Assembly: GCA_965201085.1 (NCBI GenBank)
Contig: CBDAVS010000005.1
Coordinates: 30,967 to 94,966 of the forward strand
Source of the DNA: an uncultured Rhodobacter sp.
Lineage (GTDB): Bacteria; Pseudomonadota; Alphaproteobacteria; Rhodobacterales; Rhodobacteraceae
Length of the DNA: 64,000 bases
Direction: 5' to 3'
Under the pieces are notes generated by a model that did no database searches, had not been told where the DNA came from, and saw only the letters and a list, made by a program, of their open reading frames with translations. Below, piece after piece: positions 9,990 to 17,000 of the stretch. Each line of letters opens with the position of its first letter. Positions within the stretch are counted from its first letter, which is position 1. The position numbers and the translations under genes were made by a program.

Positions 9990-11100
9990 GACACTAATTT
10001 ATTCCGTCGGTGTATCGGGCGGACATGCAGTATGGACCCGAACATTTCGATTCGCGGACGCCCGGGTGGCTCGCCGCCGCCATGCGGTCGGGTGAGGCAA
10101 GCCGATATGCGCTGGCCTGTGGCCTGTGTGAGCGCGGGAACCGGCGTGACGCGCGCGGCAGGCCCCGCTTCTCGGCGGCGGCGAAGGCGCTGCCCGCCCT
10201 GGCCGAACGGGTCGGCCTCCCGCTTCCACCCGTGCGCGGCGGGCCGGGTCCGGCCGCCGCCCGTCCGGTTCCGGACCCAGGGTGGCCCGCCGCCTCGGTG
10301 AACCCGGCCCGGTCACGCCCGGCCCCGTGGGGGATGACGGTGACGGCGGGCTGTGGGAGGCGACGGTGGCGCTGCACCATCCGCCGGGATGGGCTCAACC
10401 GCCCGGCGGCCAGGTGCGCCACTGGATACGCCCGGAGCGCCACGGCTTCCACGGGCCGGCCCCGCATGTCCCGCCGATGGCGGCGGACAGGGTGGCGGAC
10501 GACCGGCGGGCCCGATACTGCGTCCGGCCCGTGGCGGCCTGCACCCACGTCGGAAAGGAACACAGCGGCAACGGCTACCGCAGCGCGGGCTGGACCTCGG
10601 CGGGGTCCGCCTCCGGGAGGCGCGGCGCGGCCGGCACGGTGATGGTCCTGGCGCTGGAGGACGGCTGGAGGGAGGCGCTCCACCACATGGACCGCCGTCC
10701 GGTGGGAACGCTCGCCGGACTCCACCACGGCGCCGGGGACATGGGCCGGACCGGGAGGGAATACGGACGCTCCGGCCACACCGACGGGCGGGTCCGCCGC
10801 CGCATCGTTGACATGGGACGGGCGTGGATGGACAGCATGGGGGAGGACCTGCCGGTGATCTTTCCCACCAAGGCGGGCCGGAAAGCCGCCTACCGCCCGC
10901 TGTCGAACCCGGGGGTGACCATGAAGCACGTTCCGGAGCCGCACCACGAGCCGACCGCCGCCGTGCCGGGCCCGTCATCCTCGCCGTGCGAGACACCACG
11001 ACCATGAACCACAGCCATCCCCGGGCCACGGAGGGCCTCCCGGAGATCGGCGGCGGGGGATCGGGAAGCGTCGGCGTCCCCGCCCACGCTGGGCATGTCA
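9990..11100 (+). pseudogene. IS4-family (Tn5-like) transposase gene, N-terminal half, frameshifted; opens with a DUF4338-like module
   Basis: The plus-strand frames give four recognisable pieces. They are ...SRYALACGLCERGNRRDARGRPRFSAAAKALPALAERVGLPLPP, ...LWEATVALHHPPGWAQPPGGQVRHWIRPERHG, ...AGRKAAYRPLSNPGVTMKHVPEPHHEPT (Tn5 N-terminal DNA-binding region) and ...VILAVRDTTTMNHSHPRATEGLPEIGGGGSGSVGVPAHAG (first DDE Asp, DTT box). There are at least three frame changes. Confidence 0.6.
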
Positions 11101-11368
11101 CTATAGCACTGTTGACTCCCTGAGCATGCCCCGGCTTCTGAAGGCCCTGTAGAACGCGGTCGCCTGGAGGAGGTATTTCATGCCTTTCCACATTTTCCAT
11201 GTCCCCGGCAGGGGCTGGCGTTTCGAGGGGATGAAGCCGAGGTGGTGGCCGATGTCGATCGCGGCCTCGCGGATGGTGAAGCCGTCGAAGGCGAGGCGGC
11301 GCCGGAAGTCGTCGGTCTCGTCGAGCTGGCGGTCCTCGATGCGGGTGCGCTGTTTCAGCGTTTTGAAA

Positions 11369-12735
11369 CCCCCGTGCCGGTTTGAAGTGCAACACTTCGG
11401 GTGGTGGGAAGCCGCGCCGTGGGCGCAGGATATTGCGAATCGGCCAGATAGCGGCGACAGTCCCTGTGCGCAGGATAGGAGAGTGTCATGCCCGAGGGCT
11501 ACCGCCATCTGACCTTCGACGGGAGATGCCGGATTTACGCGCTGGGGAAAAGCGGACTTTCGAACGGAGCCGTCGCGAGGCGGCTGGGGCGCGCCCCGTC
11601 CACGGTATCGCGGGAGCTCCGGCGCAACGCCGGCGGTCGGGGCTACCGCCACAGGCAGGCGCAGAGGAAGGCCACCGAGCGCCGGAGCGATGCCTCTTCG
11701 GTTCCGCGGAAGCTGACGGAGGAGCGTCGGGAGCGGGTCGTGGCGAAGCTTGCGGAGGGCTGGAGCCCGGAACAGGTCCCGGGCCGCCTCCGGCTGGAGG
11801 ATCCGGAGATGGTGGGCAGGCGGCGGATATACGACCTGGTCAGGGCCGACCGGCGGGACGGCGGAACGCTCTGGACGCCCCTGCGGCGGCGGGGAAAGAA
11901 GCCGAACCGGCAGGGTGGCCGCCACGCGGGCCGGGGCCACATCCCGGGCCGGGGGGACATCCCGGAACGCCCGGAGACCGTCGGGGAGAAGGCCCGGACC
12001 GGCGACCGGGAGGCGGATACCGTGATCGGCGGGGGCAACGGAGGGGCGGTGGTGTCGCTCGTGGACCGCGCGTCGAAATTCACGCTTCTCCGGCGGGCTG
12101 GCAGGAAGAAGGCGAAGAAGGTCCGGAGGGCGATGGTCCGCATGCTCCGGTCCACCGGCATCCCGGTGCACACGGTCACGGCGGACAACGGCAGGGAGTT
12201 CGCGGAGCACGCGAAGGTGGCGAAAGCGCTCGGTGCGGACTTCTTCCTCCCGACGCCCTACCACTCGTGGGAGCGCGGTCTGAACGGGCATACCAACGGG
12301 CTGCTGCGTCAGTATCTTCCGAAGGGAACGGATCTGCGTCAGGTCACGGACGCGCGGGTCAGGGAGGTCCAGGACATCCTGAACGCGCGTCCGCGCAAGG
12401 CGCTCGGCTACCTGACGCCGGCCGAGGCGATCGGCCTGGCGCAGCCTCCCTGAGGCGCCTGGACCTGTCGGCTGGCGGGAGGAAAGGAACATACCGGCGG
12501 GACCGTCCGGGTTTCGGTCGGGCTCCGCCCTCCCTTGCCCGGGCGGTCCCGCCGCGGAGCCTTGCGGCCGGCGGAAGGCCCGGATACGCCCGGATCCGAA
12601 GGGACAGCCGCCGCATTCCACGCGGAATCCGGACCCCTGGCCGGAAAATCCTTCAATCCCGGCCCGCCCGGTCCGCCCGGGCTTCGCCCTCGCTCCGGGG
12701 GTGGGCCGGGATTGCACTTCAGACTGGCACTGGGG
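11369..12735 (+). mobile_element. Complete IS30-family insertion sequence (1367 bp) with ~24-bp inverted repeats and a 3-bp AAA target duplication
   Basis: The left inverted repeat is cccccgtgccggtttgaagtgcaa (from 11369). The reverse complement of the right inverted repeat is ccccagtgccagtctgaagtgcaa (ending at 12735). Flanking aaa occurs at 11366-11368 and 12736-12738. Confidence 0.85.
11488..12453 (+). CDS. IS30-family transposase (321 aa)
   Basis: MPEGYRHLTFDGRCRIYAL...STVSRELRRN is the HTH region. GDREADTV and TADNGREF carry the two catalytic Asp residues. The tail is PYHSWERGLNGHTNGLLRQYLPKGTDL...NARPRKALGYLTPAE. The conserved RGxNENTNG box reads RGLNGHTNG, so the catalytic Glu position appears to be Gly. 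Confidence 0.9.
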   Translation: MPEGYRHLTFDGRCRIYALGKSGLSNGAVARRLGRAPSTVSRELRRNAGGRGYRHRQAQRKATERRSDASSVPRKLTEERRERVVAKLAEGWSPEQVPGRLRLEDPEMVGRRRIYDLVRADRRDGGTLWTPLRRRGKKPNRQGGRHAGRGHIPGRGDIPERPETVGEKARTGDREADTVIGGGNGGAVVSLVDRASKFTLLRRAGRKKAKKVRRAMVRMLRSTGIPVHTVTADNGREFAEHAKVAKALGADFFLPTPYHSWERGLNGHTNGLLRQYLPKGTDLRQVTDARVREVQDILNARPRKALGYLTPAEAIGLAQPP

Positions 12736-13039
12736 AAATATTCCTCGATGGTCCATCTTCTTTCGTACCGCCTGACGGTGTCGACGGCGCTCTGGAGATC
12801 GGGCCGCGCGTCGCTGGAGAGCGGCGGCCACGACAGCCGCCGCCCGCCCTTCGGCGGCGTGGTGGTCCCGCTGGCGAGCACGGCGGTGACCGGCAGGGTC
12901 CGGCGGCTCTTTCCCGGGGCCTTCAGCTCCACGCGGGCGACGCGGATCTCCGTCTCCGCGGTCCGCGCCGGGCGGGCCCTCACCGCTTTCCGCCCACGCG
13001 ACCCGGTGATCCCGCCGCGCGCCGCGACGCGGACGGTGC

Positions 13040-13570
13040 GCGTCCCGTCGGCGGGGCGGAGTGCCTGCGGGACCATGTCGCCGCGCCGCACGTCCCCGCC
13101 GTGACCGACCTCACCGTCCCCGCGTCGGGAGGGGCGGGAGCCCGTGGGGAGCGCACTGGCCGCTCCCGACCACGGAGCGCCCTGCGGAGGGGGAGGCCGG
13201 TGCCGTGTTCGCCGCGACGGTCCTGGACCGGTACGGCGGGCGCTGGACGATGGAGACCTGGTTCAGGACGCCGGGTCCGGGACGCGGATCAAGGCCGGCG
13301 GGTCCGGCGCCGCCGATGACCTGAAAAAGTGCCTCGCCTTCGACGCCGTGACCGCGGTCCAGGTCTCCGACCTGACCGCGCTCGCCCGGGATCGGCCGGA
13401 GACGCCCGCCACCGAGGTCTTCCCGGAGAGGGACATCGACCTTCTCCACACCATGCTGGAATCGCAGGGCCACCGGGACGTGGTGAGGCCGCCGGACGGT
13501 CGGGCGCCCGACATCCAGACATCCGTCATCGACCCGGGGCGCCTCTTCGGCTCGCATCCGAACCCGCGCC
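13040..13570 (+). pseudogene. Tn5-like transposase fragment (C-terminal third), frameshifted
   Basis: ...AECLRDHVAAPHVPAVTDLTVPASGGAGARGE...PTTERPAEGEAGAVFAATVLDRYGGRWTMETWF is followed, after a frame shift, by SGTRIKAGGSGAADDLKKCLAFDAVTAVQVSDLTALARDRPETPATEVFPERDIDLLHTMLESQGHRDVV...DIQTSVIDPGRLFGSHPNP. The 20.2-20.7 kb and 57.6-58.7 kb copies are homologous. Confidence 0.6.
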
Positions 13571-14025
13571 GGGCGGAGCGTGGATGCCCACCGTTGGAGT
13601 CGAGGCGGGCGGGGCGGTGCGCCGCAGGGTGCGCTCGACCTTCATCGCGGCCCTGGCCATGACCGCCGCGGGCGGGAAAGCGTCCGCTCGATACGCGCAC
13701 CTGCCGGATTGTCCCATTCACCGTGGACCGTGATCCGGCCAGCGCGCGAACGGTATGATCGACACGTTTGACGGCGGCGGTCGCGTCGGGTCCAGCCGCG
13801 CTTCGGAGCGGCGACGGAAGGTGGCCCGGAGCAGGCCCACGCGTCGCGGGCCACCGCCGCGAACATGTCGCCGGCGGTCCCGTCAACGGGATCGGGCTGG
13901 ACACGTATGGGCGGCGGCGCGGGTCGTGCGCGGTCACGATGGACCCGGTGCACCGCCGTCCCGTGAAGCTCATGCGGGTCCGGTACCGAAACGCGTTCAC
14001 CCCGGCGCGTCGGCCGGCGCCGCCC

Positions 14026-17000
14026 TCACCAGCGAACGCCGAGCTCCAGCCTGAGACCGTGCCCGGTCTCCGCCCCGCCGCGTTCCATGAGCGTCGCCTC
14101 CGCCCTGAGCGAGAGTTCGGGCGCACCCGCCTCCGGGACAAGGCGCCAGCCGAGACTGTAGTCCCGGGACCCGCGCTCGAAGCGGGCTCCGACGCTCGGG
14201 CCAGCGGTGAGGCGCCCGCCGAAGGCGGGGAGACCGTACGCGGCCTGCGCCGACCAGCGGTCCGCGGCCTCGCCCGCCGCGCGCCCATGGAGCGGCTCCG
14301 CCGCGAACAGCGCGTCGAGCCCGCCCCCGGACCGTCCGCCCGTCTCCCGGCGCAGGCCGAGCGACAGGCCGCGCCCGCTCCCGGGATCCGCGTCATAGCC
14401 GAGCGCGGCGGAGAAGCCGCGCTCCCGGCGCCCGTCCGACCGGTGGGCGAGCAGGGTGCGTCCCGAGAGGTCGAGCGAGAGGCCGAGCCGGGGCGCCTCC
14501 CAGGCGACGCCGCCGCCCAGTTCGACCCCCAGGCCTCTTCCGGCGTCGCCGCCGTCGTGGCGTATCCCCGCCTCCGCTCTCGGGGTGAAGCCGCCGCCGT
14601 CCTCCAGCGGAACGCTCCAGCGCCCCTCGAGCCCCAGCCTGAGCCGCGTCACCTCGGATTCCGACGCCGCAAGGGTGCCGCCGGTCGCCACCACCCGCGC
14701 CGATCCGGTCCGCGACCACAGCGCGTCGGAGACGAGCGCGAGCGCCGGTCCGCGCGCCGCCTGCGGCGCCAGCAGGTCGCCCCGCAGCCCGGCGGCCATC
14801 ATGCTCCAGTCCAGGTCGGCCTTCATCGCGGTCCCGCCCTCCGGGGTGAGCGTCATCGTGCCGGTGCCGTGGCCCGCCGCGCCCCATAGCCCGAGCCGCT
14901 CCGACGCCCGCAGGGATGCGTAGGGAACGACGCCGCCGAGCGACGCCTCCATCGCGTATGACTTCGCGCCGTCGTAGCGGCCCTCTCCGTCGCTCCAGGC
15001 GAGGGCGACCCCCCCGAGCCAGTCCCCGCCGCCGTAATCGACGCCGAGCATCGCCGTCGCGACCGTGCCGTCCAGGTCCGCCGCGCCCGTCTCCGCGTCG
15101 AAGCCCGACCGCGCCCCCCGGGCCCACAGCGCCATGCTGGCGCCCGACCCGTCGCGCTCGCCGGTCAGGGCGAAGCCGCTGGCGGCCAGCGCCTCGACCA
15201 CCGTCATCGCGCGTCCGCCGGGACGCGACAGCGCCCCCTCCCGGTCGCCGTGAAGGTCGGCCCCGGAGAGGAGGATCCTCTCCCCGGACCGCGCCCCGCC
15301 GCGTCCGAGCGGAATTCCGGCCAGCATGCCCCGCGCGCCGTGCGCGCGGTCCGCCGACAGGCGCCGGGCCACCCCGTCGAGCGCATGCTCCGCCACCGTG
15401 CGGCCGAAATGCGCCAGCCACGCCCCCGGCAACGGGTCGCTGTTGAGGATCGTCCCCACCGCCTCATCATCTTCGAGGACCGCCCCGCGCGCATCCGACA
15501 GCACCACCCGGAACGTCTCGCCCGGGTCGTCGTGGGCGTCGTCCAGGGTCCTCACCCGAACCGTTCTGGACGTGTCGCCCGGCGCGAAGACCAGCTCGCC
15601 GTCGCCGGCCTCGTAGTCCTCGCCCGCCCGCGCCGTCCCCGGCTCGGTGCGCCAGCGCACCCGCGCCTCGCGCGTCGAGACCGAAGAGAGCGTGACCGCG
15701 AACTCCAGAACGTCCCCCTCGTCGCCCTCCGCGTCGCCGACCGACAGCGTCGGTGACGGCGTGCCGGTGGCGGTGACCCGCGTGCCCGCCTGCACGCCGT
15801 CATCCGCCGCGTTGCGCGTATCCACCCGCACCACATAGGTCCTGCCGTTTTCCAGACCGGTGATGTCGTAGGCGGTGCCGTCCACTTCGTTGACGGGCGA
15901 CAGCCTGTGGCCCGGCCCTTTCTTCCGCCAGCGCACGCTGTAGCCGTTCGGGGCGGAGGCCGCCGGCGTCCAGAGCAGCCACAGCCCGCCATCAGCCGGA
16001 ACGACCTGCAGGTTGGCCGCCTTCGTGGGGGTCGTGGTTATGGGACCGGCGTTCTGTTGGGACGGCTGCGTCCCGCCGGTGACCGCCGGGAAGGCAACGG
16101 TCGCCGTCGCCGTCTGCGTGCGCCCGTCCCTGGTTCCGGTGGCGGTCACCGTGACCGATGCGGGGCCTGAATTCGGAGCGGACGGCCGGCCGGTGATGGC
16201 GCCGGTGCCGGGGTCGATCTCCAGCCCCGACGGCAGTGTGCCCTCCGTCACCGCGTAGGTGATGCCCGAACCTTCCTCGAAGTGCAAGAGCTCCGGCGTC
16301 ATGGCCTCGATTTCCGTGCCCGCGGTCAACCCGGTCGGCACCGCCGTATAGCTCAGGCCCGCCACACGCACCTCGAACTGGGCGATGTCGTGCTTCCTGG
16401 GCAGGACATCATCCTCCACCGTCACGGTGAACATGGCGTCGCGGCCCGCCAGCAGCGGCGTCACCCGCACCGTGCCCGTGCCCGAAACGAGCGCCGTTCT
16501 TGCTGGCAGTCTCGGCGTGACGTCGAGCACTTCTGGATCGCGGATTGGCAGGGAGGCGTAGTAGAGGAGGTCATCGCCATCAGCGTCGCTCGCCGACACC
16601 GTCAGGTCAAACGCCACTCCCTGCGAGGCATAGGTGGGCTCGGTCGGGGTGGTTATCCCGGGCGCGTTCGGATTGGTTTCCGTGCCACCGTTCACCCTGC
16701 GGTTCGGATCGTCCGGCAGGGCCGGGTGGGACAGGTCCAGACCGGCATCGGTGTCAGACACGCTGATCCTGCCGCCATTGAGCCTGATGGCGTTGGCCGC
16801 GATGCTGATGCCGTTCGAATCCACGTCGCCCACCTTCACCTGATAGTTGGCGTATAAGGCGTTTTCCGAGGACCACGCCACGAATAACGGAACCTGCCTG
16901 ACCGCATCGGCCGCGTCGCCGATCTTCAGGCCGATGGCCGGTCTTCCGTCCGAGACATCCATCTCGACCGGCATTCTGAAATCAATCCTGATCTGGATCC

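Larger units (their letters stand above)
11101..13040 (-). pseudogene. IS4-family (Tn5-like) transposase gene, C-terminal part, split by the IS30 element
   Basis: The minus-strand translation is ...TAETEIRVARVELKAPGKSRRTLPVTAVLASGTTTPPKGGRRLSWPPLSSDARPDLQSAVDTVRRYERRWTIEEYF, then the IS30 insertion, then KTLKQRTRIEDRQLDETDDFRRRLAFDGF...GFIPSKRQPLPGTWKMWKGMKYLLQATAFYRAFRSRGMLRESTVL*. Removing the IS30 copy and one AAA duplication restores the YxxRWxIExxFK signature. The upper boundary is approximate. Confidence 0.65.

Noticed and set aside
12990-13100. An exact junction between the minus-strand and plus-strand Tn5-like fragments
   Set aside because: The same nucleotides (gagtgcctgcgggaccatgtc) can be read as ECLRDHV on the plus strand, matching other copies, or as DMVPQAL on the minus strand. 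I could not decide the breakpoint by eye, so the feature boundaries near 13040 are approximate.
8395-13319. Very long ORFs in the IS graveyard: 8395-9951 (518 aa), 9994-10947, 10313-11395 (360 aa), 11101-12831 (576 aa) and 11382-13319 (645 aa)
   Set aside because: They overlap each other on both strands in >70% GC DNA, where stop codons are rare. Their translations are Arg/Pro/Gly/Ala low-complexity except for short patches that belong to frameshifted transposase fragments. ORF 11101-12831 reads antisense straight through the IS30 element. They are not genuine genes.
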